64,000 bases of DNA from an uncultured Planctomycetales bacterium (lineage in GTDB: Bacteria; Planctomycetota; UBA1135), in contig CAYFGE010000016.1 of the NCBI GenBank assembly GCA_964342475.1, positions 2,742 to 66,741 on the forward strand, written 5' to 3'. The stretch's first letter is position 1. Every line of letters begins with the position of its first letter. The notes under the pieces are model-generated. The model was not told the origin of the DNA. It ran no database searches and saw only the letters and a program-made list of their open reading frames with translations. This document shows positions 1-9,419 of the stretch, in pieces. The translations under genes and the position numbers were made by a program.

Positions 1-1285
1 GGGCGTCGAGCCGGTCCAGCTCCAGGCGGGCGAGCTGCTCCTCCGCGTGGAGGCGGGCTCCGAGCGGCAGGTCGCCCGCGTCCACCCGGGCTGCGAGAAC
101 GGAGAACTCGGTCCTGGCCGCCGGCACGAGGACCTCGTCCTGGAGCCGGAGCCAGGCGGAGGCCGCGCGGCAGGCCGCCAAGGCGGCATGCAGACCGGCG
201 GCGCGGTCGCGTCCGGCCTGCTCGGCCTCGAGCCGGGCGGCCCGCGCCTCCGCCCGGGCCGCGCGGGCCTCGGCGCCGCGCCGGCCCTGGATCGGCAGGC
301 CGATCCCGAACTGGGCGTCGACCGCGTCGCGCCCGTCCCCGGTGCGCCGGTAGCCCAGCCCCAGCTCGACCGCGGGCACGCGCGCGGCCTGGGCCAGACG
401 GGCGCGCCACTCGGCGACCTCGGCGGCGGCGCGAGCCGCGGCCAACGCGGGCGCCGCGTCGTCGGCCAGGATCTCCTCCACCGCGACCAGGTCGAGGACG
501 GCGACCAAGTCGCCCTGCACGGCACCGAGCTCCTGCGCAGCGGAACCCAGCCGCGCCGCCAGCACCGCGCGAGCGCCGGCCTCGGACGCCCGCGCAGCCG
601 CGAGGCTCTCCTCGGCAGCGGCCCGGACCGCACGAGCAGCGGCGGCTTCGGCGGGAAGGGCGTCCCCCCGCTGCACCCGCGCCTCCGCCAGGTCGGCCAG
701 GCGGCGGGTCGCCGCCCCTCGCGCGGCGTGCAGCGCCACCGCCTCCTGGGCGGCGAGGGCCCGCGCGAAGTCCCCGCGGACGAGCACCTCGAGTTCGAGG
801 CGGGCGGCCTCCAGTCTCCGCAGGGCCAGCTGGTGCTCGGCCTCGGCCAGACCGCGGGCCGCGGCACCCTCCCCGCCGAGCGGGATCTCCTGGAACAGCC
901 CGATCCACCACTCTTCCCCCTCGCGGGGGGAGCGCAGCGGCCAGGCCTCCACACCGCCGGCCAGGGACGGCTCGGGCAGGCGGCCCGCCGCGTCGGCGCG
1001 GAAGCGCGCGGCGGCGGCGCGGGCGGCGGCGGCCTCGGGACCGGTGGAGCGTACGAAGGCCAGGGCCAGGGCCTCCTCCAGGACGAGAGGGCGCGCCGGA
1101 TCGGGCGCGACCTGGGGAACCGCCTGCGGAACCGCCGGCGGAGCGGGTTGCGACGCGCCCGCCGGCCCGGCGGGTCCGAGCGCCGGCTCGGCCCCCGGCC
1201 CGGCGGTATCCCCGGCCTCCACCGGCGGCGCCTGGCAGGCGGTCAGGAGGAAGAGGAGGAGGAGGAAGGACGGGCGAGCGATCAT
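1..1285 (-). CDS. Outer-membrane efflux protein, TolC/CusC (NodT-type lipoprotein) family; the 3-prime end runs off the window
   Basis: It is absent from the ORF track because it has no stop codon inside the window. My translation from ATG 1285 gives MIARPSFLLLLFLLTACQAPP (lipobox LTAC), then ...LEEALALAFVRS... and Ala/Leu/Arg/Glu-rich helical sequence still open at nt 1 (...ARLHAEEQLARLELDRLDA). Its ATG overlaps the RND pump stop codon (ATGA). Confidence 0.8.
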   Translation of the reverse strand, partial: MIARPSFLLLLFLLTACQAPPVEAGDTAGPGAEPALGPAGPAGASQPAPPAVPQAVPQVAPDPARPLVLEEALALAFVRSTGPEAAAARAAAARFRADAAGRLPEPSLAGGVEAWPLRSPREGEEWWIGLFQEIPLGGEGAAARGLAEAEHQLALRRLEAARLELEVLVRGDFARALAAQEAVALHAARGAATRRLADLAEARVQRGDALPAEAAAARAVRAAAEESLAAARASEAGARAVLAARLGSAAQELGAVQGDLVAVLDLVAVEEILADDAAPALAAARAAAEVAEWRARLAQAARVPAVELGLGYRRTGDGRDAVDAQFGIGLPIQGRRGAEARAARAEARAARLEAEQAGRDRAAGLHAALAACRAASAWLRLQDEVLVPAARTEFSVLAARVDAGDLPLGARLHAEEQLARLELDRLDA

Positions 1286-4200
1286 GCCTGGGCCTCCGCG
1301 GGGCGCCCGAAGCGGCGGTAGAGCGCCGGGACGACGATCATGTTGAGGAAGGTCGAGGTGGCCAGGCCGCCGAGGATCACCCGCGCCATCGGCGTCTGGA
1401 TCGCGCTGCCGGGCTCACCGCCGGACATCGCCAACGGCACGAGCGCCAGCGCGGAGGCCAGCGCGGTCATCAGGATCGGGATCAGGCGCTCCTCCGCGCC
1501 CCGGCGGACGGCTTCGCCGAGCTCGGTCACGCCCTCCTCGAGCTGCAGGTGCCGCACGTGCGAGATCAGCATGATGCCGTTGCGCGTGGCGATGCCGAAG
1601 ACGGTGATGAAGCCGATCAGCGAGCCGACCGAGAGGACGCCGCCGTCGAGCACCGCGCCGACCACGCCGCCGATCAGGGCGAGCGGCAGGTTGACCATGA
1701 CGAACCAGGCGTCGCGGGCGTTGCCGAAGGCGAGGCGCAGGAGGACGGCGATGCCGAGGACGACCGCCGCGCCGAGGAGCAGCAGGCGCTGCCGCGCCTG
1801 GATGGCGGTCTCGAACTGTCCGCCGTACTCCACGCGGAAGCCGGGGCGGGCTCGGACCAGCGGGTCGATGCGCCGGCGCAGCTCGGTCACCACGCTGCCG
1901 AGGTCGGAGTCGGCGATGTTGCAGGACACGACGAGCTTGCGCTCGCCGTTCTCCCGCACGACGCGGTTGGGAGTGGCGTCGCGCGCCACCTCGGCGACGG
2001 CGGCGAGGGGCTGGAGCGCGCCGTCGACGAGGACCGGGACGCGCAGCAGGTCCTCGCGCGAGGCGACCTCGCGGTCGAGGCGGAGCACCACGTCGTAGCC
2101 GTTCGTCCCCTGCAGGATCTCGGTGGCTCTGTGGCCCTGGAAGGCGGCCTCGAGGGTGGCGGCGGCCTCCTCCACCGTGAGCCCGCGCCGGCCCAGCTTC
2201 GTCCGGTCGAGCCGAACCTGCAGCTCGGGCACGGCGACCTGCTGCTCGACCGCGAGGTCGACCACCCCGGGCACGCCCTCGGCCGCTGCCCGAACGTCCT
2301 CCGCCAGACTGCGCAACTCGCCGAGCTGCGCGCCGAACAGCTTGACCGCCACCGCGGCGCGCGTGCCGGAGAGCATGTGGTCGATGCGGTGCGAGATCGG
2401 CTGCCCGATCGTGAACAGGCAGCCGGGGACCAGGGCGAGGTCCTGGCGGACTCGGGCGAGGAAGGCCTCGCGGTCGACTCCCTCCAAGGACAGGCGCACC
2501 TCGTACTCGGAGGTCTCCAGCCCCTGGCCGTGCTCGTCGAACTCGCCGCGGCCGATGCGCCTGGCCACCGAGACCACCTCGGGGTGGCGCAGGAGGACCT
2601 CCTCGGTCATCCGGCCCAGGCGGTCGCTCTGCTCCAGCGAGACGCCGGGCAGGGTGACGGAGGTCACGGTCAGCGCGCCCTCCTGGAACTCGGGCAGGAA
2701 GGCCGTCCCCAGCCCGGGGACCAGGGCGAGCGCCCCGGCGAGCAGAACCAGCGAGGGCGCCCAGGCCATCCAGGGGCGGCGCAGGAAGGGGCGCAGGACG
2801 GCGCCGTAGGCGCGCTTGAAGGCGCTGGCGGCGGCCGGCTCGCTGCCCTGGCCCTTCTCGACCGCCCGCGGCAGCAGGAAGGAGGCCAGGACCGGCGTGA
2901 TGGTCAGGGCGACGAGGAGCGAGGCGCTCAGCGAGGCCACGTAGGCCAGGCCGAGCGGGAAGAGGAGCCGGCCTTCGATGCCGCCGAGGAAGAACAGCGG
3001 CAGGAAGACGAGGAGGATGATCAGCGTGGCGAAGACGATCGAGGAGCGGATCTCGACGCTCGCCCGGTAGACCACCTCGAGGACCGGGCGGCGCTCCGCC
3101 GCGGGCAGGGCGGCGTTCCCGCGCAGGCGGCGGAACACGTTCTCGACGTCGATCACGGCGTCGTCCACCAGGGCGCCGATGGCGATGGCGAGGCCGCCGA
3201 GGGTCATCGCGTTCACCGTGTTGCCCGTGGCGGCGAGGACCGCTCCCGCGGCGACCAGCGACAGCGGGATGGCCGTCAGCGTGATCAGCGTGGCACGGAA
3301 GTTGGCGAGGAACAGGCCCAGGACCAGCACGACGAGCAGCGCGCCGTCGCGCAGCGCCGTGGTCACGTGCTGCACCGAGGACTCGATGAAGTCGGACTGG
3401 CGCAGCAGGTCGCGCCGCAGACCCATCCCCGCGGGCAGCTGGGCTTCCAGCTCGTCGAGGACCCCGTCCAGCCGCCGGGTCAGGTCGAGCGTGTTGACGT
3501 CGGGCTGCTTCATGATGCCGACGACCACCGCCGGGTCGCCGTCCACCGAGCCGGTGCCCCGCGCCCGCTTCGCCCCGACGCGCACCCGGCCGAGGTCGCG
3601 GACCTGGATCGGTGTGCCCTCGCGCGACTCCACGGTCACCTGGGCGAGGTCCGCCTCGTCACGGAGGCGGCCGAGCCCGGCGATGAGGTACTCGCTCCCC
3701 TGCGTGCCCAGGAAGCCGGCGGCCACGTTGCGGTTCGCCGCGCGCAGGGCCTCGGCGACCCGGGGGACGGGGATGCCGAAGGCCTCCAGCTTGGCCGGGT
3801 CGAGCAGGACCTGGAACTCCTTCGCCTCGCCGCCGGTGGTCAGGACCTGGGCCACGCCGGCTACTGACAGCAGGCGGCGGCGGAGGACGGTGTCGGCGTG
3901 GGTGCGCAGGTCGATCGCCGAGGCGCCCTCCGACACCAGGCCGACGAAGAGGATCTCCCCCATGATCGAGGAGACCGGCCCGAGCGCGGGCCGCGACGCA
4001 GCGGCCGGCAGGTCGTCCGCGACCTGGTCGATCTTCTCAGCGACCACCTGGCGGGCACGGTAGATGTCCGTCCCCCAGTCGAAGTCGACCTGGACGATGG
4101 AGAAGCCCGTGAGGCTGGTGGAGCGGAGGCGGCGCACGTCCTGCGCGCCGTTCAAGGAGGACTCGACCGGGAAGGTGACGAGCTGCTCCACCTCCACCGG

Positions 4201-4368
4201 GGTGAGGCCGGGCGCCTCGGTCATCACGGCGACCGAGGGCGCGGTCAGGTCGGGGAAGACCTCGACCGGGAGGCGGCGGCCGCTGAACACGCCGAGCGCG
4301 ACCAGGATCACCGACAGCACCAGCACCGCCGCGCGGTTGCGCAGGGACCAGAGGATGAGGCCGTTCAT
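1282..4368 (-). CDS. Heavy-metal efflux RND inner-membrane pump, CusA/CzcA family (1028 aa)
   Basis: The real start is Met244 of ORF 1282..5097 (MNGLILWSLRNRAAVLVLSVILVALG...). The first 243 aa of that ORF are Arg/Gly/Pro junk overlapping the adaptor gene. Length and architecture are RND-like. The TM4 motif is GGLAIAIGALVDDAVIDVEN. It starts 2 nt after the adaptor stop. Confidence 0.93.
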   Translation of the reverse strand: MNGLILWSLRNRAAVLVLSVILVALGVFSGRRLPVEVFPDLTAPSVAVMTEAPGLTPVEVEQLVTFPVESSLNGAQDVRRLRSTSLTGFSIVQVDFDWGTDIYRARQVVAEKIDQVADDLPAAASRPALGPVSSIMGEILFVGLVSEGASAIDLRTHADTVLRRRLLSVAGVAQVLTTGGEAKEFQVLLDPAKLEAFGIPVPRVAEALRAANRNVAAGFLGTQGSEYLIAGLGRLRDEADLAQVTVESREGTPIQVRDLGRVRVGAKRARGTGSVDGDPAVVVGIMKQPDVNTLDLTRRLDGVLDELEAQLPAGMGLRRDLLRQSDFIESSVQHVTTALRDGALLVVLVLGLFLANFRATLITLTAIPLSLVAAGAVLAATGNTVNAMTLGGLAIAIGALVDDAVIDVENVFRRLRGNAALPAAERRPVLEVVYRASVEIRSSIVFATLIILLVFLPLFFLGGIEGRLLFPLGLAYVASLSASLLVALTITPVLASFLLPRAVEKGQGSEPAAASAFKRAYGAVLRPFLRRPWMAWAPSLVLLAGALALVPGLGTAFLPEFQEGALTVTSVTLPGVSLEQSDRLGRMTEEVLLRHPEVVSVARRIGRGEFDEHGQGLETSEYEVRLSLEGVDREAFLARVRQDLALVPGCLFTIGQPISHRIDHMLSGTRAAVAVKLFGAQLGELRSLAEDVRAAAEGVPGVVDLAVEQQVAVPELQVRLDRTKLGRRGLTVEEAAATLEAAFQGHRATEILQGTNGYDVVLRLDREVASREDLLRVPVLVDGALQPLAAVAEVARDATPNRVVRENGERKLVVSCNIADSDLGSVVTELRRRIDPLVRARPGFRVEYGGQFETAIQARQRLLLLGAAVVLGIAVLLRLAFGNARDAWFVMVNLPLALIGGVVGAVLDGGVLSVGSLIGFITVFGIATRNGIMLISHVRHLQLEEGVTELGEAVRRGAEERLIPILMTALASALALVPLAMSGGEPGSAIQTPMARVILGGLATSTFLNMIVVPALYRRFGRPAEAQA

Positions 4369-4370
4369 GA

Positions 4371-6020
4371 TCAGTGGCTGTGCTCGGGGATGGCTCCGGA
4401 GAGCGAAGCGAGGCGGACCACGAAGGCCCCCACGTGGACCACGCGGTCTCCCGGACGGAGACCCTCGAGGACCTCGACCATGCCGCCGTCGCGCATGCCG
4501 GTGCGCACCACCCGGCGCTCGAAGAGCTCGCCGGAGGGCTGGACGAAGACCACGTCCAGGCCGTCCTCGTCCACCAGCGCGGTGGCCGGCACCGCCAGCC
4601 GCTCCACCGCAGGTCCGTCGGCCAGCCAGCCCTGGCGGATCGCCCCCGGCGACAGCCCGGCCGTGTTCGGTCCCTCGTAGACGATCTCGCCCGTGCGTGT
4701 GCGCGGGTCGATCAGCGGCCGGGCCAGGCGCAGCTCCCCCGCCTCTCCCGGCAGTTCGAAGGACCGGCTCTCCCCCGCCTCGACCAGCGTGCGCGGGTCG
4801 TCGAGGCCGGCGAGCTCCTGCTCCGGGACCCGCACCAGGTAGTGGAGGACGCGGGTGTCGAGGATCTCGAACACCAGCGCGGAGGCGTCGACCCATCCGC
4901 CGGGGCCGGTCGGCGCGGCCACCAGCCTGCCCGCGATCGGCGCGCGCACCTCCAGGTCGAGGAAGGCCTCCTCGGGATGGCGGGCGGCGACGGTGCCGGT
5001 CAGGCGGGCGAGCGCATCGGTCCAGCTGCGGTGGACCGCCTCCGCCGCGGCCGCCGCGGCCTCGGCCGCGGCGCGGTCGGCCTCCGCCTCCTCCCACTCC
5101 CGGCGGGACTTGGCGTCGACGGCCACCAGGCCGCTGACCCGCTCGAACTGCTGCACCGCCCGGACCCGCTCGGCTTCGGCGCGGTCACGCTCGGCGGCGG
5201 CCTCCGCCAGGCCGCGCTCGATGTCGGCCTCGTAGGCCGCGCGCTGGAGCTCCGCGCTCTCCACCGCAGCCAGGTCGGCGGCCACCAACGGCACGCGCAG
5301 GCGCGCCAGCACCGCGCCGGCCTCGACGTCCTGGCCCAGCTCGGGCCAGTCGGTGACGACCGCCCCTGCCGGGATCAGCTGCCCCGTCAGGGGCGCCAGC
5401 ACCCGCGCCGCGTGTCCCGGGCAGGGGGCGGCCGTGACCGTCACCGGGATGCGCGGCTGCAGAGCTCGCGGCGCGGCCACCGTGGTGAGCATCCGCAGCG
5501 GCCACTGCTGCTCCTTCAGCAGGACCACCCCGTCCCCGTCCTCGGGCAGCTCCTCCGCTTCGGCGGCCAACGCGCCGGTGTCGGCGTGGGCCCGCACGGC
5601 GGGGAGCTGCGGGAGGTCGCCGTCCACCTCCAACGTCCAGGTCCATTCGCCTTCGCGCGGCAGGGTGAAGTCGTGGAGGTAGATGCCGGGGCGCTCCGGG
5701 GCGGCGAGGACCGCCTCGACCGTCTCGTCCCCTTGGCGCAGGACCAGGCGCAACGGCCCCTCCACGCGCGGCGCGCCGTCCTCGAGGCGGGTGACGTGGA
5801 CGGCCAGCCCAGCCGCTCGGCCGACCAGGACGAGGTCGTGCTCGATGAAGTACTCGAAGCGGTCCGTCCAGATCGTCAGCGCGCGCGCCGGCCACTCGGG
5901 CTCGGCAGCGGGAGCGGCGTCGTGGGGGTGGCCGTGGGCGTGGCCCGGGTCGGCCGCCGTGCCGCATGAAGCGGCGAGGAGGACGGGGAGGAGAGCGAAG
6001 CGGAGCGGAGTACGGAGCAT
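4371..6020 (-). CDS. Efflux RND periplasmic adaptor (membrane fusion protein), His-rich N-terminus (549 aa)
   Basis: Starts at Met66 of ORF 4371..6215. MLRTPLRFALLPVLLAASCG is a signal peptide with a possible lipobox, followed by ADPGHAHGHPHD. It has a coiled-coil hairpin (AAERDRAEAERVRAVQQFERV...) and a C-terminal beta-barrel typical of HlyD/CzcB-type adaptors. Confidence 0.9.
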   Translation of the reverse strand: MLRTPLRFALLPVLLAASCGTAADPGHAHGHPHDAAPAAEPEWPARALTIWTDRFEYFIEHDLVLVGRAAGLAVHVTRLEDGAPRVEGPLRLVLRQGDETVEAVLAAPERPGIYLHDFTLPREGEWTWTLEVDGDLPQLPAVRAHADTGALAAEAEELPEDGDGVVLLKEQQWPLRMLTTVAAPRALQPRIPVTVTAAPCPGHAARVLAPLTGQLIPAGAVVTDWPELGQDVEAGAVLARLRVPLVAADLAAVESAELQRAAYEADIERGLAEAAAERDRAEAERVRAVQQFERVSGLVAVDAKSRREWEEAEADRAAAEAAAAAAEAVHRSWTDALARLTGTVAARHPEEAFLDLEVRAPIAGRLVAAPTGPGGWVDASALVFEILDTRVLHYLVRVPEQELAGLDDPRTLVEAGESRSFELPGEAGELRLARPLIDPRTRTGEIVYEGPNTAGLSPGAIRQGWLADGPAVERLAVPATALVDEDGLDVVFVQPSGELFERRVVRTGMRDGGMVEVLEGLRPGDRVVHVGAFVVRLASLSGAIPEHSH

Positions 6021-6102
6021 TCCTGGGTCTCGACGGACGGAACGGGCGGAGCCGCGCCAGGGCGCGGTTGGACGGAACGGGAGCCACGACCGCTCGACGC
6101 GG

Positions 6103-6525
6103 TCAGGCGGCTGCCGGAGGTGCCCGGGGAATGCTCGTCCCGCGCGGACCGGCGCGCGCCGCAGGGGGCGGCGCGTGCTCCGGCAGCTCTCCGCTCCACG
6201 CCGCGGCGGCGGCACGGGGGCCGGCCTCGGGCAGGACGGCCGCGGCCACCGGGCCCGGATCCTTCTTGCCCGTCGGGCCGAGGAGGTCGATCCGGTGTCC
6301 CGTCGCGGGATGGTGGTGGTGGGGATCGCCGTCCGCGAAGTCGCCGGGAGCGGCGTCGTGGAGCAGGACCGCGTGCGCGAGGTCTTCCCCGTCGTCCTCG
6401 TGGTGATGCCCTGCGCGGTGGTGCGGCAGGAGCACGCCGAAGGCCACCAGCAACCACGCCGCGAGGAGCAGCGGAAGGAGGCGGGGCCGACGGGCCACGG
6501 CGGGCGGACGGGAGGCGGGGGCCAC
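6103..6525 (-). CDS. Small His-rich membrane-anchored or secreted protein (140 aa), possible metal-binding accessory of the efflux operon
   Basis: N-terminal hydrophobic segment RPRLLPLLLAAWLLVAFGVLL, then PHHRAGHHHEDDGEDLAH...DPHHHHPATGH. It lies 82 nt upstream of the adaptor gene on the same strand. The C-terminal third is Pro/Ala-rich and could be non-coding read-through. Confidence 0.4.
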   Translation of the reverse strand: MAPASRPPAVARRPRLLPLLLAAWLLVAFGVLLPHHRAGHHHEDDGEDLAHAVLLHDAAPGDFADGDPHHHHPATGHRIDLLGPTGKKDPGPVAAAVLPEAGPRAAAAAWSGELPEHAPPPAARAGPRGTSIPRAPPAAA

Positions 6526-6537
6526 CTGCTCCGGAGT

Positions 6538-6996
6538 CTAGGCCGCGGGCCCGCGGAAGGCCAGGGCGCGCCAGGCGCGCGCCGCCCCGTAGCCGACGAG
6601 CAGCAGCGCGGTGGCCAGCGTCGTGCCCACCTGCGCGCCGACCACCAGATAAGCGGTCAGCGAGCCGTTCTTCTGCCACGCCTGTTCGAGGTCGGGGAAG
6701 GCCGAAAGGGACATCTCGACGACGGCGGCGGCCAGCAACACGGCCAGGATCCACCACACCCGCGGCGCCACGCGCAGGTGGTCGAGGCCCCAGCCCGCCA
6801 GCGCCGTGGTGCCGATGCCGCCGGCCAGCAGCAGGGGGACCGCCGAGGCCGGCGAGGAGATCTCGAACAGCAACAGCGGCCACACCCCCGCGATCGAGCC
6901 GGCGAACCACAGGCCGTACTCGTCGCCCGGATGCGCGTAGCCGAGCAGGCACAGCGGCGCCCACAGGCAGGGCAGCAGCACGGTGAAGCGTCTCAT
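6538..6996 (-). CDS. Hypothetical polytopic membrane protein (152 aa)
   Basis: Starts at Met135 of ORF 6538..7398 (MRRFTVLLPCLWAPLCLLGY...). It has 4-5 hydrophobic segments. Its ATG overlaps the upstream gene's stop (ATGA), and it ends 12 nt before the His-rich ORF. Confidence 0.55.
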   Translation of the reverse strand: MRRFTVLLPCLWAPLCLLGYAHPGDEYGLWFAGSIAGVWPLLLFEISSPASAVPLLLAGGIGTTALAGWGLDHLRVAPRVWWILAVLLAAAVVEMSLSAFPDLEQAWQKNGSLTAYLVVGAQVGTTLATALLLVGYGAARAWRALAFRGPAA

Positions 6997-7436
6997 CCGC
7001 CCAACCGGATGCTCGAGCCGAGCAGGACGAAGGAGGCAGCGAGCAGCGCCTGCGCCACGGCGTGGGCCCGCAGCGCGCGCATCCCCCACCTCCCCTCGAG
7101 CAGCCGCGGGACGAGCACCAGGCGCGAGGAGGCCAGCACGAGCACCAGAGCGCCGAGGCTGACCAGCTTGGCGAAGACGTGCGCGCCGAGGGCGCCCTGC
7201 GTCGGCAGCCACTGCGCGGGATCGGGCAGCCAGACCGCGGCGAGCATCGGCCCGGTGGCCGCCTGCACGAGCACGGCCGGCGCGGCCCACAGGAAGAAGC
7301 GGCGCGCGAAGGGCAGGGCAGCCCGCGCATCGCCGGCCCGCGCGGCCAGCGGCACGACCACCAGCGCCTGGTAGAGGCTGCCGCCGGCCAGGAGGCATCC
7401 GGCCAGCACGTGGAGGTGGAGGACGAGGTGGTTCAC
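6993..7436 (-). CDS. Hypothetical 4-TM membrane protein (147 aa), CopD/DUF2269-like pattern
   Basis: GTG start at residue 96 of ORF 6993..7721 (VNHLVLHLHVLAGCLLAGG...). An earlier Met would collide with the divergent gene at 7510. It has four hydrophobic helices and His residues in TM1. The family assignment is tentative. Confidence 0.5.
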   Translation of the reverse strand: MNHLVLHLHVLAGCLLAGGSLYQALVVVPLAARAGDARAALPFARRFFLWAAPAVLVQAATGPMLAAVWLPDPAQWLPTQGALGAHVFAKLVSLGALVLVLASSRLVLVPRLLEGRWGMRALRAHAVAQALLAASFVLLGSSIRLGG

Positions 7437-7509
7437 GGGGACACGGCGGCGCCGCGCCCTCCTAGGATGCCGGCGCGGCCGCCCCGCCGCCCCGCCGCCC
7501 TCCGCGATC

Positions 7510-8196
7510 ATGAGAATCCTCTCCGCCTGCCTCCTCCTGGGCGCCCTGGCCGCCGCCTGCTCCGCTCCCCCGCAGCCCGTCGCCCTGTTCGACGGCGAGA
7601 GCCTCGCCGGCTGGCACAGCGACGTCCCCGCCGCCGACGGCGGCGCCGAGGTCGCCCCCTCCTTCGAGGTGCGCGACGGCCTGCTGGTCAGCAACGGCAA
7701 CCCGCCCGGCCACCTGATCACCGACGCCGAGTACGCCGACTACCGCCTGGTCGTCGAGTACCGCTGGCCGGGCGAACCCGGCAACTGCGGCATCCTGGTC
7801 CACGCCTCGACGCCGCGCCGCCTCTACGGCATGTTCCCGCAGTCGATCGAGTGCCAGATGCACGTCGGCAACGCCGGCGACTTCTGGTGCATCGGCGAGG
7901 ACATCGCGGTCGAGAACATGGAGGCCCGCCGCGGGCCGCCCGAGAAGTGGGGCGGCGACGAGGGTGACGCGCGCCGCATCCTCAACCTGACCGACGACTC
8001 GGAGAGCCCGCTCGGCGAGTGGAACCAGATGGTGATCGAGTGCCGCGGGCGCTCGATCGCGGTGTGGGTCAACGGCGAGCTGGTCAACCACGGCGACGCG
8101 TGCACCGCGGACCGCGGACGCATCGCGGTGCAGGCCGAGGGCGCCGTCTGCGAGTTCCGCCGCATCGAGCTGACGCCGCTCCCGCCGCTCGGCTGA
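7510..8196 (+). CDS. DUF1080 (3-keto-disaccharide hydrolase-like, LamG/jelly-roll) secreted protein
   Basis: Signal peptide MRILSACLLLGALAAAC. Characteristic DUF1080 strings: LFDGESLAGWH, FEVRDGLLVS, GHLITDAEYADYRLVVEYRW, NCGILV, VWVNGELVN, GRIAVQAEGAVCEFRRIEL. Confidence 0.9.
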   Translation: MRILSACLLLGALAAACSAPPQPVALFDGESLAGWHSDVPAADGGAEVAPSFEVRDGLLVSNGNPPGHLITDAEYADYRLVVEYRWPGEPGNCGILVHASTPRRLYGMFPQSIECQMHVGNAGDFWCIGEDIAVENMEARRGPPEKWGGDEGDARRILNLTDDSESPLGEWNQMVIECRGRSIAVWVNGELVNHGDACTADRGRIAVQAEGAVCEFRRIELTPLPPLG

Positions 8197-8199
8197 GCC

Positions 8200-9372
8200 T
8201 CAGGCCGGGACCACGAACTCGCGCAGGTCGCTGGCCTGCAGGCGGTCCACCGCGGCGTGCTCGCCGGCGGCGGTCTCGACGACCAGGAAGCCGAACAGCG
8301 GCGCCGCGCGGTGGTCGGTGCGCTCGGCCGCCAGCACGCAGGGCAGCGCGCGGCGGACGGCGTCGAAGTCGAGGCCGGCGACCTCGGCCGGCGGCAGACC
8401 GGTGGTGTCGTCGAGCACCACGAGGTGGAAGGCGCGCCCGGCGCGCGACGGCAGGATCCGCGCCCAGTCGGGCGCCTCGCCGCGCAGGTGGGCGGCGTAG
8501 GGGTCGAAGCCCCAGGCGCGCGCGCTCAGCTCGGCGGTGGTGCAGAAGCCGCCGAAGCGCAGCGGGTTGAGCTCGATCGGGAGGACCGCGCCGTCCGGCC
8601 GCACGCGCAGCTCCGCGTGCAGCGAGAAGTCGCGCAGGCCGAGCGCCGCGGCCAGCCCCTCCAGCGCGGCGGCGAAGGGCGCGCGCCAGGCCTCGACCAG
8701 CTCGGCCGAGCAGCGGTAGACCCGGTCGCTGACGTCGTCCGGCCCCTGGAAGACGTGCTCGAGCAGGCCGAGCACCGCGACGCGGCCCGCGCCGTCGATG
8801 CTGACGTCCACCGCGAACTCGCGGCCGGGGATCTCCTCCTCGACGATCAGCCCGCCGCGGTCGAGCACCGAGTCGGGGAACAGCCCGGCGAAGCGCTCGA
8901 GCTCGGCGCCGAGCCGCGCGCGCACCGCCGGCCAGTCGGCGGCGCGGGCCACGCGGTGCACGCCGAGGCTGAAGAAGCCCGCGGCAGGCTTGACGAAGCA
9001 GGGGAAGCGCCAGCCGGCGACGTCGACCGAGGTGAGCTCGTCCGCGCGCAGGCGGCGGAACCACAGCTCGGGGTGCAGCGCGCGCGTCGCCTCGCGGAAG
9101 CGCGGCTTGTCCTTGCAGGCGCGCGCCCCCCGCGCGGCGGCCGAAGCGGGCGCGCGCGCGGCCAGCCAGTCGAGCGCGCTCTCCGAGTTGGTGTGCACGC
9201 GCAACGCGGGCTCGGCGGCGAGGCGCGCGGCGGCCTCGTCCTCGTCGATCCAGGCCAGCGCGCGTCCGCCGGCCAGCGCGCGCGCCGCCCCGGTCGCCAC
9301 CACGGGGAAGCGGTGCCGCTCGAGGCTGTCGAGCAGCCCAGGCGTGACGTGCGGGAGGTCGAGGAGGAACAC
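8200..9372 (-). CDS. ATP-grasp domain protein (390 aa)
   Basis: Central ATP-grasp pattern: FPCFVKPAAGFFSLGVHRV..., GLIVEEEIPGREFAVDVSIDG..., HAELRVRPDGAVLPIELNPLRFGG. No partner genes indicate a substrate. Confidence 0.75.
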   Translation of the reverse strand: MFLLDLPHVTPGLLDSLERHRFPVVATGAARALAGGRALAWIDEDEAAARLAAEPALRVHTNSESALDWLAARAPASAAARGARACKDKPRFREATRALHPELWFRRLRADELTSVDVAGWRFPCFVKPAAGFFSLGVHRVARAADWPAVRARLGAELERFAGLFPDSVLDRGGLIVEEEIPGREFAVDVSIDGAGRVAVLGLLEHVFQGPDDVSDRVYRCSAELVEAWRAPFAAALEGLAAALGLRDFSLHAELRVRPDGAVLPIELNPLRFGGFCTTAELSARAWGFDPYAAHLRGEAPDWARILPSRAGRAFHLVVLDDTTGLPPAEVAGLDFDAVRRALPCVLAAERTDHRAAPLFGFLVVETAAGEHAAVDRLQASDLREFVVPA

Positions 9373-9419
9373 GGCGCGGTCCGGCGGCGGCCGGGCGGCA
9401 GGGTACCCTGGCGTGGTCC

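Noticed and set aside
47-1321. A 424-aa plus-strand ORF at the left edge. The internal plus ORFs across the RND pump (1549..3867, 3898..4680, 4064..5137) were considered with it.
   Set aside because: They are antisense or off-frame to the TolC-like, RND and adaptor genes, with junk composition. The minus-strand frame gives a lipobox and TolC-like sequence.
6993-7721. Using the first Met, or the internal Met at 7511, of ORF 6993..7721 as the start of the first membrane protein.
   Set aside because: The extra N-terminal residues are Arg/Pro/Ala junk and would overlap the divergent DUF1080 gene and its upstream region. The hydrophobic protein begins at the GTG at 7436.
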